Below are positions 38,446-48,475 of a stretch of DNA of 64,000 bases, piece after piece. The notes beneath the pieces are model-generated. The model worked only from the letters and a program-made list of their open reading frames with translations. It did no database searches and was not told the DNA's origin. Source of the DNA: Armatimonadota bacterium (GTDB taxonomy: Bacteria > Armatimonadota > Hebobacteria > CAIYQO01); contig JBBRXO010000002.1 in assembly GCA_038248345.1 (NCBI GenBank), positions 22,681-86,680 of the forward strand, written 5' to 3'. Each line of letters opens with the position of its first letter. Positions within the stretch are counted from its first letter, which is position 1. The position numbers were made by a program, and so were the translations under genes.

Positions 38446-39411
38446 ATGGCACTAGATGCGGACAAGCGAAGTTTAAAACGTCAGGGGATTTTCGGTTCCG
38501 GTATTGTAGACCGCTATTTTCGTTCCATAACCTTTCTACTAGCTATTATCGTACCTATCCTGATCATTGTGTTGGTGTATGTGCTAGGTAAAGAGTCTTC
38601 AGCTGCCTGGTTCAAATTCAACTGGTCATTCCTCACTTCTTCCAATTGGGATCCGGGTAAAAACGACTATCACGTCTTTTTTGCCATCTATGGTACCATC
38701 GTTTCTTCGATACTGGCGTTGATCATCGCCGTACCACTTAGTCTGGGGGCAGCCGTCTGTCTGTCCGAGCTAGCACCCCGCTGGCTTCGTGAGCCGGCCT
38801 CGTTTTTTATCGAATTACTTGCTGCTGTTCCTAGTATCGTCTATGGTCTCTGGGGTATCTTCGTGATGGCGCCTGTCCTTAAAAACTGTGAAGTGTGGTT
38901 AGGACAGAAATTCCCCTATATACCACTTTTTGCAGGCACGCCACGTGGCGCTGACATGCTTGCCGCTGGGGTTATCCTGGCTATCATGATATTGCCCTAT
39001 ATCACCAGTGTCTCACGTGATGTAATCCAGGCAGTACCTGCCACCCAACGCGAGGCAGCCCTGGCGCTTGGCGCCACACAATGGGAAGCTATCCGCGGAC
39101 CGGTATTTAAATATGCACGCTCCGGTATCATCGGGGCTATCATCCTGGGGCTGGGGCGGGCGCTGGGCGAAACTATGGCGGTGACGATGGTGATCGGCAA
39201 TATGCCCAATGTCTCCGCCTCCCTCTTCAGTCCGGCCTATACCATGCCCAGCTTGCTGGCTAACCAATTCAACGAGGCCTCGAACATGCAATTATCCGCG
39301 CTGACGTTAGTGGCGCTAGTGCTGGTGGTGATAACGATAATAATCAATATCATCGCCCGACTGCTTATCTGGAGCGTCTCCAGCAAGGGCGAAAATAAGG
39401 GGGCCTGCTGA
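38446..39411 (+). CDS. pstC: Phosphate ABC permease
   Basis: ELLAAVPSIVYGLWG, GRALGETMAV. Confidence 0.95.
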   Translation: MALDADKRSLKRQGIFGSGIVDRYFRSITFLLAIIVPILIIVLVYVLGKESSAAWFKFNWSFLTSSNWDPGKNDYHVFFAIYGTIVSSILALIIAVPLSLGAAVCLSELAPRWLREPASFFIELLAAVPSIVYGLWGIFVMAPVLKNCEVWLGQKFPYIPLFAGTPRGADMLAAGVILAIMILPYITSVSRDVIQAVPATQREAALALGATQWEAIRGPVFKYARSGIIGAIILGLGRALGETMAVTMVIGNMPNVSASLFSPAYTMPSLLANQFNEASNMQLSALTLVALVLVVITIIINIIARLLIWSVSSKGENKGAC

Positions 39412-40280
39412 TGAATAGACCGCCATTGCGACAGGCAGGGTTGGCGTTCCGCCGGAATCTCACCAATAAACTGATGTGGATATTCTGCATCGGCGCGACG
39501 TTGATTGCCATCGTCCCGCTGGGGATGATCCTCTTCTACTTGCTCGAAAAAGGGCTTCCGAATCTCTCGCTTAACTTCTTCACCCAGCTTCCCAAACCGA
39601 TGGGAGAGACCGGCGGAGGCATGAAACACGCCATCATCGGGACGATAGAGTTGATCGCCATAGCCAGTTCTTTCGGGCTGCCTACCGGCCTACTGGGTGG
39701 GATATATCTGGCTGAATTCGGCAATAATAAGATTGGCGGCATAATCCGCTTCACTGCCGATATCCTCGCCAGTGTCCCTTCTATTGTCATCGGTATGCTC
39801 GTATATACCATCGTAGTACTCCCCCGGCATCAATTCTCCGCACTAGCAGGCGGCATCGCACTGGGCATCATGATGATCCCCACGGTGACGCGCACTACCG
39901 AGGAGATGGTAAAGATGGTACCGATGGAACTGCGCGAGTCAGCGCTCTCCCTGGGCGTTACGCGTGTGCGTACTATCTTCACCGTGGTGATAACCGCCGC
40001 ACGCGGTGGTATTATTACCGGGGTGTTGCTGGCAATTGCTCGTATCGCTGGCGAGACCGCGCCATTGCTGTTCACAGCTTTCGGTAGTAGGTATTTGAGT
40101 ACGGATATCAACAAACCTATTGCCAGTCTACCAAAACAAATCTATGATTATGCATCTGGTCCCTATGAGGCTGAACATGCACAAGCTTGGACTGGTGCGC
40201 TGGTTCTGGTAACATTGATATTGGTGTTAAGCGCAACGGCCAGATATGCGACACGCGGCCGTTATCGTATGGTGAGGTAA
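39411..40280 (+). CDS. pstA: Phosphate ABC permease
   Basis: [19 protein letters not shown]. Confidence 0.95.
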   Translation: MNRPPLRQAGLAFRRNLTNKLMWIFCIGATLIAIVPLGMILFYLLEKGLPNLSLNFFTQLPKPMGETGGGMKHAIIGTIELIAIASSFGLPTGLLGGIYLAEFGNNKIGGIIRFTADILASVPSIVIGMLVYTIVVLPRHQFSALAGGIALGIMMIPTVTRTTEEMVKMVPMELRESALSLGVTRVRTIFTVVITAARGGIITGVLLAIARIAGETAPLLFTAFGSRYLSTDINKPIASLPKQIYDYASGPYEAEHAQAWTGALVLVTLILVLSATARYATRGRYRMVR

Positions 40281-41095
40281 TGATGAGTCTTACGATAAAT
40301 CCGGTTATGAGTACCATTATGAACGAAAACAATGTTGAAACTGATGTTAAGATGTCAATTAAGAATCTGAACTTCCTCTATGGGAAGAAACAGACGCTTT
40401 TTGATGTCAATATCGAAATCCGCGAACGGGAGATCACCGCTTTGATCGGGCCTTCCGGCTGCGGTAAATCGACTTTTCTTCGTACGCTGAATCGCATGAA
40501 TGATGTCATCGAAGACACACATGTGCAAGGTACGGTGCTGCTGGATGGCGAGGATATCTTCGCCCCGGATGTCGACGTGGTAGCGCTTCGTCGCCGCGTG
40601 GGCATGGTCTTCCAACGCCCTACCCCCTTCCCCATGTCTATCTTCGACAACGTCGCCTATGGCGCCCGCATCAACGGGTTGGCAAAAGGCGCAAACCTTC
40701 GTGACCTGGTCGAGAAAAGTCTGAAGCGCGCCGCCCTCTTTGATGAGGTTAAAGACCTGTTACATCAGCCCGCCACCGCACTGTCCGGCGGACAACAACA
40801 ACGGCTGTGCATCGCCCGTGTGCTGGCGGTAGAGCCGGAGATGGTGCTGATGGACGAGCCGTGTTCGGCACTGGATCCTATCTCGACGGCGCGTATTGAA
40901 GAGCTAATGGTCGAGTTGAAACAGGAATATACTATCGTCATCGTCACGCATAACATGCAGCAAGCGGCGCGTGTCTCCGACCGTACCGGCTTCTTCCTCA
41001 CCGGCGAACTGGTGGAATTCGACTACTCCACAAAACTATTCACCGACCCTCGCGACAAACGCACAGAAGATTATATAACTGGTCGCTTCGGCTGA
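40280..41095 (+). CDS. pstB: Phosphate ABC ATP-binding protein
   Basis: [32 protein letters not shown]. Confidence 0.96.
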   Translation: MMSLTINPVMSTIMNENNVETDVKMSIKNLNFLYGKKQTLFDVNIEIREREITALIGPSGCGKSTFLRTLNRMNDVIEDTHVQGTVLLDGEDIFAPDVDVVALRRRVGMVFQRPTPFPMSIFDNVAYGARINGLAKGANLRDLVEKSLKRAALFDEVKDLLHQPATALSGGQQQRLCIARVLAVEPEMVLMDEPCSALDPISTARIEELMVELKQEYTIVIVTHNMQQAARVSDRTGFFLTGELVEFDYSTKLFTDPRDKRTEDYITGRFG

Positions 41096-41111
41096 TCCAG
41101 ATTGGAGAAAA

Positions 41112-41780
41112 ATGATATCTCGTCATCTAGACCGTAGTATGGAAAAACTGAAAAAAATGATTTTGGAGCTGAGTGCCGCCGTGGAACAGGATGTGCAAAT
41201 GGCGGTGCAAGCTGTGAGCGAGCGCAGCCCGCGCCTGGCGCAACAGGTGATCGACAGCGATAATGATATCGACAAGCTGGAGGTGGATATCGAAGAGGAA
41301 TGTCTGCAAATCCTCGCCCTCCATCAACCGGTAGCCATAGACCTGCGTTTCGTCATCTCCGTACTCAAAATTAATAATGATCTGGAACGCGTCGGAGATG
41401 AAGCGGTAAATATCGCCGAACGCGCCTTATATCTGGCACACAGCCAGGTATTTGAGATACCTTTCGACTTCACCATCATGCTGGAAAAAACGAAACTGAT
41501 GCTCCAGCATTCACTTGATGCGCTGATGGATATGAATGCCAAACTGGCGCACCAGGTAGGTGCACAGGATGAAGAAATTGATGAGTTGAACCGACAGATG
41601 TACGCCTATGTACAGGATAGCATCCGTGCCCAGCCTGAGCATGTGGAAGCCCTCATCCACTTGCTCTCCGTCTCACGGCACCTGGAGCGCATCGCCGATT
41701 ACGCCACCAACATCGCGGAAGATATCATCTACATGATCGAAGGTGAAATCATCCGCCATAAGCCAGAAATATTCGGCTGA
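41112..41780 (+). CDS. phoU: Phosphate signalling regulator
   Basis: QPVAIDLR, DLERVGD, LERIADYATNIAE. Confidence 0.95.
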   Translation: MISRHLDRSMEKLKKMILELSAAVEQDVQMAVQAVSERSPRLAQQVIDSDNDIDKLEVDIEEECLQILALHQPVAIDLRFVISVLKINNDLERVGDEAVNIAERALYLAHSQVFEIPFDFTIMLEKTKLMLQHSLDALMDMNAKLAHQVGAQDEEIDELNRQMYAYVQDSIRAQPEHVEALIHLLSVSRHLERIADYATNIAEDIIYMIEGEIIRHKPEIFG

Positions 41781-41785
41781 AGTTA

Positions 41786-41817
41786 AAGTCCCAGGCATTC
41801 GCCTGGGACTTACTTTT
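41786..41817. terminator. Terminator between convergent genes
   Basis: AAGTCCCAGGC-ATTC-GCCTGGGACTT-ACTTTT. Confidence 0.75.
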
Positions 41818-43098
41818 CTATGCCGGATAGAATTTGTCTATCTCCTGTCGAGCAATATCCACCGCGCGGCGCGGCTTGTCGAGGTTACCGTGCATGGTGT
41901 AGACATCTCGCACCACGAATTCGAGCATGACGTTTTTGCCGGCAGTAAGCTCCAGCGTCTCGCGGATCTCCGCCGCCCAGGCTTCTTCATTCAATTCCAC
42001 ATCCAGCCCCAGTAGATTGGGATTGGGTTTGCGTGAGAAGATAATGCCAGTACCGGCAAGCTCATCTGCCATATAGCTTTGGTCGGCCCAGCGGGAGATT
42101 GACACCGCTTTGAGATTCGGCAACTTACATAGGGAGGTCGCCCAGATGGGATCCGCCGGTTCGCAACACCCCCAATATACCAGCCCGAACATCTCCGCCA
42201 TATCGCGATAATACGGAAAGACAAATTCATGGAAGAGTTCGGGGGAAACGCCTACTGTCTCCTGACTATCCATTCCGACCCACATGTCTGACAGCTTCAC
42301 ATGGCCGGGTTTAACTTCATTTTTGGGGAGTAGCGTGGTGAAATTGAAACAACTTCCACATGTTTGCTGGTTGCCATTGTTCAGCTCCAGTAGACCCTCC
42401 GCCTCGGCCCAGCGCGCCATGCTGATGGCGTTATCGCGCAGATAGCCCATCAATGCGTGCAGCTTATCCGGGCAGTCGTACATGGCCATGAAGAAGGTCT
42501 CCATACTCATCAGCCGCATCATCCGCTGCGTCAGGCAGGTGTTGGCATAGACGCCAGAACGCAGTACTACCGGCAGAATATCGCCAAAAGTAACCTCCAG
42601 AAATGCCTTCTCCGCCAACGTTCCTTCCCGGTCAACACCGAAGGTAGAAGGTTTCACCATCTCGAAACCATCATCCAGATCAGTGATCGGACATTCGAAA
42701 TGGTAACCAGTGGTGACCCCTTCAGCGTCCTTGGCATAGTCGGTAGGAATGTCGATACCAAATTCATTACTCCAGACGTGCCAGCTTATATCGAGAGTAG
42801 AAGGGCAGACATGGTCATCGTTGAGTAGCTCATGATGGCGAATATTGCGCAGAAAATGCGACTCCCAGCGTTTGCCATAATCTGAGGTACACTGATAGAT
42901 GGAATCGGGCATGAAGTCGCGATCGAACGTCCAGGTTTCAATCACAAACGGTGGGCGTGTGCCAGGTTTGCCGTCGTTCATGTCCGTCCACATCTGCTCC
43001 CGCTGTCGCATTACCGGCATCGCAGCGATCTCCGCCTGCCTCCGGGCCAACTCACGCAAGTACGCCCGCTCGCTATCGGGGAAATAGAAATCAGTCAT
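41818..43098 (-). CDS. Conserved hypothetical protein, distant URO-D/MtaA-like TIM barrel
   Basis: METFFMAMYDCPDKLH, QETVGVSPELFHEFVFPYY, WGCCEP, FSRKPNP. Confidence 0.65.
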   Translation of the reverse strand: MTDFYFPDSERAYLRELARRQAEIAAMPVMRQREQMWTDMNDGKPGTRPPFVIETWTFDRDFMPDSIYQCTSDYGKRWESHFLRNIRHHELLNDDHVCPSTLDISWHVWSNEFGIDIPTDYAKDAEGVTTGYHFECPITDLDDGFEMVKPSTFGVDREGTLAEKAFLEVTFGDILPVVLRSGVYANTCLTQRMMRLMSMETFFMAMYDCPDKLHALMGYLRDNAISMARWAEAEGLLELNNGNQQTCGSCFNFTTLLPKNEVKPGHVKLSDMWVGMDSQETVGVSPELFHEFVFPYYRDMAEMFGLVYWGCCEPADPIWATSLCKLPNLKAVSISRWADQSYMADELAGTGIIFSRKPNPNLLGLDVELNEEAWAAEIRETLELTAGKNVMLEFVVRDVYTMHGNLDKPRRAVDIARQEIDKFYPA

Positions 43099-43110
43099 AG
43101 CTTCGTCCCT

Positions 43111-44457
43111 TTATACCATACTCTTTTTAACAATGTCCGCGGTCAACGGCGTCCAGTAGTCTACTTTAGCCTGGTCTAACGCCTCGATCATCACGCGTAT
43201 CTTCGGCTCGGTGCCGCTGGCGCGTACCAATATACGACCCTCGTCGCCCAGGTCGGCTTCGGCTGCGGCAATGGCGTTGGTGATGTCGGTGTGCTTTTCC
43301 CAGCCTTTCACCGAGGCTACCGTGACGTTGATGAGCTTTTGCGGGTAGTCCTTCATTAGGTCATGGAAATGCGAGAGGGGTTTGCCGGAGGCGCGCAGCA
43401 TGGAGAGCAGCAGCAGCGCCGTCACCAGCCCGTCGCCAGTGGTGCTTTCCTGCAGGAAGATCAGATGGCCGGACTGCTCACCGCCGATGATCGCCCCACG
43501 GCGCTGCATTTCCTCCAGCACGTAGCGGTCGCCCACCTGCGTGCGCACCATCTCGATGCCCATCCCCTGCAACGCGCGCTCGAAGCCCAGGTTGCTCATC
43601 ACCGTGCCCACGATGCAGTCGCACGCCAGCTTCCCTTGTTGATGCAGGATGTAGCCGGCCATCGCCATGATATGGTCGCCGTCCATCTTCTGCCCCAGCT
43701 CATCTGCCATCATCAGCCGGTCAGCATCGCCGTCGAAGGACAGCCCGGCGTCCGCGCCCAGCTCCTTCACCTTGTTCATCACCACGTCAACGTGGGTCGC
43801 GCCGCAACCGTCATTGATATTGATGCCGTCCGGGTCGCAATGCAGCGCGGTGACCTTGGCGCCAAGTTCGCGCAGTAACTGCGGGGCAATGTGCGACACC
43901 GCGCCGTTGGCGCAGTCCACCACCAGGTGCAACCCGTGCAGCCCTTCGGGGGCCAGTTTGCGCAGGTAGTCCAGGTACTTCTCCGCGTAGCCATCAGCGG
44001 GGATCAAACGCCCGATCCCTATGCCCGTCGGGTGATCCAGATGCTCGGTAGAATTGACCTTCTCTTCGATTGCCAACTCGACGTCATCGGGCAGCTTAAA
44101 GCCTTTGTGGCTGAAGAATTTGATGCCGTTGAACTCATAGGGATTATGCGAAGCGGAGATCACCGCGCCCAGATCGACATCCAGCACCCGCGCCAGGTAG
44201 GCGATGCCTGCGGTCGGCATCACGCCCAGGTCGATGACATCCGCGCCCGCGGAGCAGAAACCCGCCGTCATCGCCGCGGCGATCATCTCGCCGGAGATGC
44301 GCGTGTCACGCCCCATCACCACGCAGGGCCGGGCATCCCCCTGCCGCCGCAACACTGTAGCTGCAGCGCGGGCGATGCGCAGACTCAGGTGTACGCTCAG
44401 CTCTTTGTTAGCCACGCCGCGCACGCCGTCAGTGCCAAACAATTCACGTTTCTTCAT
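43111..44457 (-). CDS. glmM: Phosphoglucosamine mutase
   Basis: FGTDGVRG, ISASHNP, FDGDADR, GGEQSGH, RASGTEP. Confidence 0.96.
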   Translation of the reverse strand: MKKRELFGTDGVRGVANKELSVHLSLRIARAAATVLRRQGDARPCVVMGRDTRISGEMIAAAMTAGFCSAGADVIDLGVMPTAGIAYLARVLDVDLGAVISASHNPYEFNGIKFFSHKGFKLPDDVELAIEEKVNSTEHLDHPTGIGIGRLIPADGYAEKYLDYLRKLAPEGLHGLHLVVDCANGAVSHIAPQLLRELGAKVTALHCDPDGININDGCGATHVDVVMNKVKELGADAGLSFDGDADRLMMADELGQKMDGDHIMAMAGYILHQQGKLACDCIVGTVMSNLGFERALQGMGIEMVRTQVGDRYVLEEMQRRGAIIGGEQSGHLIFLQESTTGDGLVTALLLLSMLRASGKPLSHFHDLMKDYPQKLINVTVASVKGWEKHTDITNAIAAAEADLGDEGRILVRASGTEPKIRVMIEALDQAKVDYWTPLTADIVKKSMV

Positions 44458-44552
44458 ACTATATACCAATCTTTCATGGGTGAAATACTCACCCGATAAT
44501 AACTTCTCTTATTGTTATTCTCTCTCCGCACAGGTTTTTCCTGCAGGAATAT

Positions 44553-44999
44553 TTAACGCTCCGGCGTCTCCACCAGCAACGTCACCGGGCCATCATTGGT
44601 CAACGTCACCGACATGTGCGCCTGGAAGACGCCCCTTGCTGTATATATTCCATATCCAGCCAGCAACTCGCAGAACAACTCATACAGCCGATTCGCCTCC
44701 TCCGGCCCCGCTGCATCAGTAAAAGATGGCCGCCGCCCCATGCGCGCGTCGCCGTAGAGGGTGAATTGTGATACCACCAGCGCGGATCCACCGGTCTCCA
44801 GCAGGCTCAGATTCATCTTCCCCTGCGCGTCGGTAAAGATGCGCAAATTAGCCACCTTCTCCGCCAGCCAGACAGCCTCAGCAGTGTCGTCCCCCTGCCC
44901 CACTCCCAACAAAACCAGCAACCCAGCCTCGATCTCGCCGACGACCACGCCGTCAACCTCCACCTTCGCCACAGAAACCCGCTGCACCAACGTCCGCAT
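44553..44999 (-). CDS. dtd: D-aminoacyl-tRNA deacylase
   Basis: VQRV, SQFTL, GRRPSF, NDGPVT. Confidence 0.96.
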   Translation of the reverse strand: MRTLVQRVSVAKVEVDGVVVGEIEAGLLVLLGVGQGDDTAEAVWLAEKVANLRIFTDAQGKMNLSLLETGGSALVVSQFTLYGDARMGRRPSFTDAAGPEEANRLYELFCELLAGYGIYTARGVFQAHMSVTLTNDGPVTLLVETPER

Positions 45000-45052
45000 G
45001 ATATTACCTCGTGATGATTATACGATATTTGTGATTAGGTTCCAACGAGGCT

Positions 45053-45230
45053 ATTGTCTTAGAACCTTGATTCACCTGATTAGAGGATTAGCATAAGGAT
45101 ATTGCCTCTGCTGTTGGATAGCGCATAATTGAATGTAGGTAAAAACATTACTGCAGAGGCTATCCAACAGTGTAGACAAATAGCGCAGCAATAAATCCTT
45201 TAATCAGGCGAATCAAGGTTCTAAGACAAT
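45053..45230. repeat. MITE-like long hairpin (family G) with ~37-bp arms
   Basis: ATTGTCTTAGAACCTTGATTCACCTGATTAGAGGATT ... AATCCTTTAATCAGGCGAATCAAGGTTCTAAGACAAT; nested CTGTTGGATAGC/GCTATCCAACAG. Confidence 0.85.
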
Positions 45231-45423
45231 GAAGGCGTTCCCAGGGAGTTATATACCCCCCATTTTTAACGCGCCACGGCGGGCGCGGGCTACAACTCTT
45301 TGTACGCCGCCGTCCCTATTTTCTATTTTCTACTTTCTACTTCCTCTCGCCCCCCATTGCCGAACCCCCACCATAAGATGAATCATCAGCCAAATACTAT
45401 TCTAGAAATGGAGGAACCATACC

Positions 45424-46487
45424 ATGCAATTCCGAACTCTGCTGACCATCGCTCTGCCTCGCCAGTGCCCTCGCCTGGGGAGCCACAGCTCCGACGATCA
45501 CCACCTGCGTTATCGAAGATAGGTCATTCGGACGAGTAGCGCTAATATCAGGAACAACCTCAGTGGGGTGAAGGAAGTTAAATTCAATGAGTTTGCCACC
45601 GTTCATATCGTTAATAACGCCACCTCATTGTCTACTATTGTTCCTGCGGATGTCATCTACAAGGATTACACCATCACCCTTATCTCACAGGATGGAACTG
45701 CAACCGCAACTGTCAAACCGCCAGTGAACTATAACTGAGTAGACGGTGCCGAGATGATCTGGGTACCCGGCGCTACCTTCACCATGGGAAGTGCTGATGG
45801 TGTAGGTTTCGCTGATGAACACCCCGCTCAACAGGTCACCCTCTCCAGCTACTGGATATACAAATATGATGTCACTGTAGCACAGTATCGCACCTTCTGT
45901 GTCGCCACCGGGCGGGCGATGCCACAGTGGCCAGGTGATGGCTATAGTTGGAAAAATAAAAAGAGCTGGGAGCACGACGATTTACAACAAAACCCCATCG
46001 TCAATGTCAGTTGGAACGATGCCAAAGCCTACGCCGAGTGGGCGGGAGTGAAACTACCCACTGAAGCACAATGGGAATACGCCGCCCGTGGGCCGAAAGG
46101 CAACAACAACCCAAGGGCGGTAATGCTACAAAAGATGACCGCTACAACGGGTGGGATGCGACAAAGTGTGCTAACAGCAAAAACTCACATCAAGTTGGTA
46201 TGAGCACCTGGTCGGTTGGCAGTTTCCCCGTGGGTGGCAGCTGGTGCGGGGCGCAGGATATGGCGGGTAATGTCTGGCAGTGGTGTGAGGACTGGTATGG
46301 CGCTAACTCCGCCACCCTTGGCAATGACCCAACAGGGCCGGTAAGTGGCAAATACCGCGTGTTACGAAGGCGGTTCGTGACTTACATCCGCAACGACTAC
46401 CGTGGCGCGTATCGCGTCGAGTCTCGCCCTGATGAGGGTGTCTTCTTCTTCGGCTTCCGTTGTGCATCAACTGCGCCGGGGCCGTAG
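45424..46487 (+). pseudogene. Frameshifted secreted IPT/TIG-like + FGE-sulfatase (SUMF1/CLec) domain gene
   Basis: GGAGG RBS; fragments in different frames: signal peptide, ISGT.LSGVKEVKF, FTMGS..DEHP, PIVNVSWNDA, LPTEAQWEYAARG, DMAGNVWQWC, GFRC. Confidence 0.85.
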
Positions 46488-46488
46488 T

Positions 46489-47087
46489 CTAAACCCAGAT
46501 TTACTGGATTTGAAGGAAGGCATCGTTCGCTGGCAGAGTGCCTACGGCAAGGATAAGATCAAAATGGTGGTCACCGACCGTGGCTTCGACGGTGAGGATT
46601 CGCGAAATGCGCTGGCGGAAGCGGGTATCGGCAATGGTATGTGCCCGCGCAGCCCAAATCTGCTGGCAGATAAGTTGGCCGATCCGGTCTTTCGCGAGTT
46701 GCAACGTCGCCGCAGCCAGACCGAAGGACGCATCGCCATCATCAAAAACAACTTTTTAGACGGCAGATTGAGTACAAAATGGCATGAGAATCACGAAACC
46801 GAGGTAGCCTGGGCGATCCTATCGCACAATCTATGGGTGCTAGCCCGCCTTCCGACAGTCAGAAAGCAATAACCGAGGGTCGGAAACGGAAAATAGAATA
46901 GAAATCAGACACAAAAAGCGCCAAACCAAAGGCGCTGTTGATGAAACACGCCTATCCGGCGGTAAAAACTGGAATATTGGGCATAAGCAAGCCATTTTGG
47001 GGATGGCGAGCTTAAAAATAAGCCAAAATTAAACAACTCGCCACCCCCAAACGAATCCCAAGGTGGGGACTCTGGGACAGTGCCTAG
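46489..47087 (+). mobile_element. Truncated IS remnant: DDE transposase C-terminus and right end
   Basis: VVTDRGFD, RRRSQTEGRIAIIKN, VAWAILSHNL; candidate end ...CTGGGACAGTGCC-TAG; N-terminal part absent. Confidence 0.75.
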
Positions 47088-47382
47088 GGACGACAAACAG
47101 CAGAAAACTAAAAATTATTATTTTGAGTTTTAGTGATGTGCAGGGCGTCCGTTTATTTTCCTGCCACCTTTGTAGCGATAACGTTAACCAATGTGAGGTG
47201 ATAGCAAACCTCATTAGCGCTGAAATAGAAATGAACTGATGCCCAGCATCGTCTCATTTTTTGACAAAATGCACCAAAAACCGGTAAGCTAAGGTATCTT
47301 TTGCATTTTTGGCAGGACAAACACGTTCGTGCTGGAAAATAGTAATGGGAAATCGAAAGAAATCCGACGGAGGATAGAAATT

Positions 47383-48378
47383 ATGGTAACTGTTTACTAC
47401 GACAATGATGCGGATCTGAAATTGCTCGCGGGCAAAAAAGTCGCGATCATTGGCTATGGCGCTCAAGGGCGCTGCCAGGCGCTAAACCTGCGCGACAGCG
47501 GTGTTGACGTTATCGTCTCGGAATTACCCGGCACGGTGAACTATGCCCAGGCGGTGGAAGACGGCTTCACCCCGGTAACCGCTATCGAAGCGGCCAAAGA
47601 GGGAACCCTAATCCAGATGCTGGTGCAGGATCACGTGCAGCCGATCGTGTACAAAGCGATTCTGGAGCACCTGGGCAAAGGCAAAACGCTCATCTTCTCC
47701 CACGGTTTCAACATCCATTACAACCAGATTCTGCCGGCTGCTGATGTAGACGTCTTCATGGTCGCTCCGAAGAGCCCGGGCACCCTGGTACGCAGCGAAT
47801 ACGAAGCCGGCCGCGGCGTCCCCTGCCTTATCGCCATCCACCAGGATGCCAGCGGCAGCGCCAAGGCCATGGCACTGGCCTATGCCAAGGGAATCGGCGG
47901 CACCCGTGCCGGCGTCATCGAGACCACCTTTAAAGAAGAGACCGAGACCGATCTCTTCGGCGAGCAGGCAGTACTTTGTGGTGGCGTCAGCGCCCTCATC
48001 CATGCTGGTTTCGAGACACTGGTAGAAGCCGGTTATCAGCCGGAGATGGCTTACTTTGAATGCTGCCATGAGCTGAAGCTGATCGTTGACATCATCTACA
48101 GCAAGGGTATCGCCCAGATGGACTACGTCGTCAGCGACACCGCCGAATGGGGCGACTATGTGGCCGGCCCGCAGATCATCAACGCTGAATCCAAAGCTGC
48201 CATGCGCAAACTGCTCAAAGACATCCAGGATGGCTCTTTCGCCAGCACCTGGCTGCAGGAGAACCTGGGCGGCCGCGCCAAGTTCCTCGCCCATCGCCGC
48301 CTGCGCAGCGAACACCAGATCGAAGAAGTGGGCAAGAGCCTGCGTAGCATGATGTCCTGGATGCGCGAATCCAACTAG
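47383..48378 (+). CDS. ilvC: Ketol-acid reductoisomerase
   Basis: [33 protein letters not shown]. Confidence 0.97.
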   Translation: MVTVYYDNDADLKLLAGKKVAIIGYGAQGRCQALNLRDSGVDVIVSELPGTVNYAQAVEDGFTPVTAIEAAKEGTLIQMLVQDHVQPIVYKAILEHLGKGKTLIFSHGFNIHYNQILPAADVDVFMVAPKSPGTLVRSEYEAGRGVPCLIAIHQDASGSAKAMALAYAKGIGGTRAGVIETTFKEETETDLFGEQAVLCGGVSALIHAGFETLVEAGYQPEMAYFECCHELKLIVDIIYSKGIAQMDYVVSDTAEWGDYVAGPQIINAESKAAMRKLLKDIQDGSFASTWLQENLGGRAKFLAHRRLRSEHQIEEVGKSLRSMMSWMRESN

Positions 48379-48400
48379 TTAATCTCGTAACAAGTGAAGG

Positions 48401-48436
48401 AAGCGCCGACCGAAGCTTTTCGGTCGGCGTTTTTTG
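48401..48436 (+). terminator. Rho-independent terminator
   Basis: CGCCGACCGAA-GCTT-TTCGGTCGGCG-TTTTTT. Confidence 0.88.
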
Positions 48437-48475
48437 TGCCCATCCTACCCCCCATTTCTGCTATAATTACATGAT

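Noticed and set aside
47100..47382. T-box or attenuator upstream of ilvC (and upstream of lysS)
   Set aside because: No T-box consensus, leader peptide or terminator/antiterminator seen; the lysS upstream region is explained by repeats
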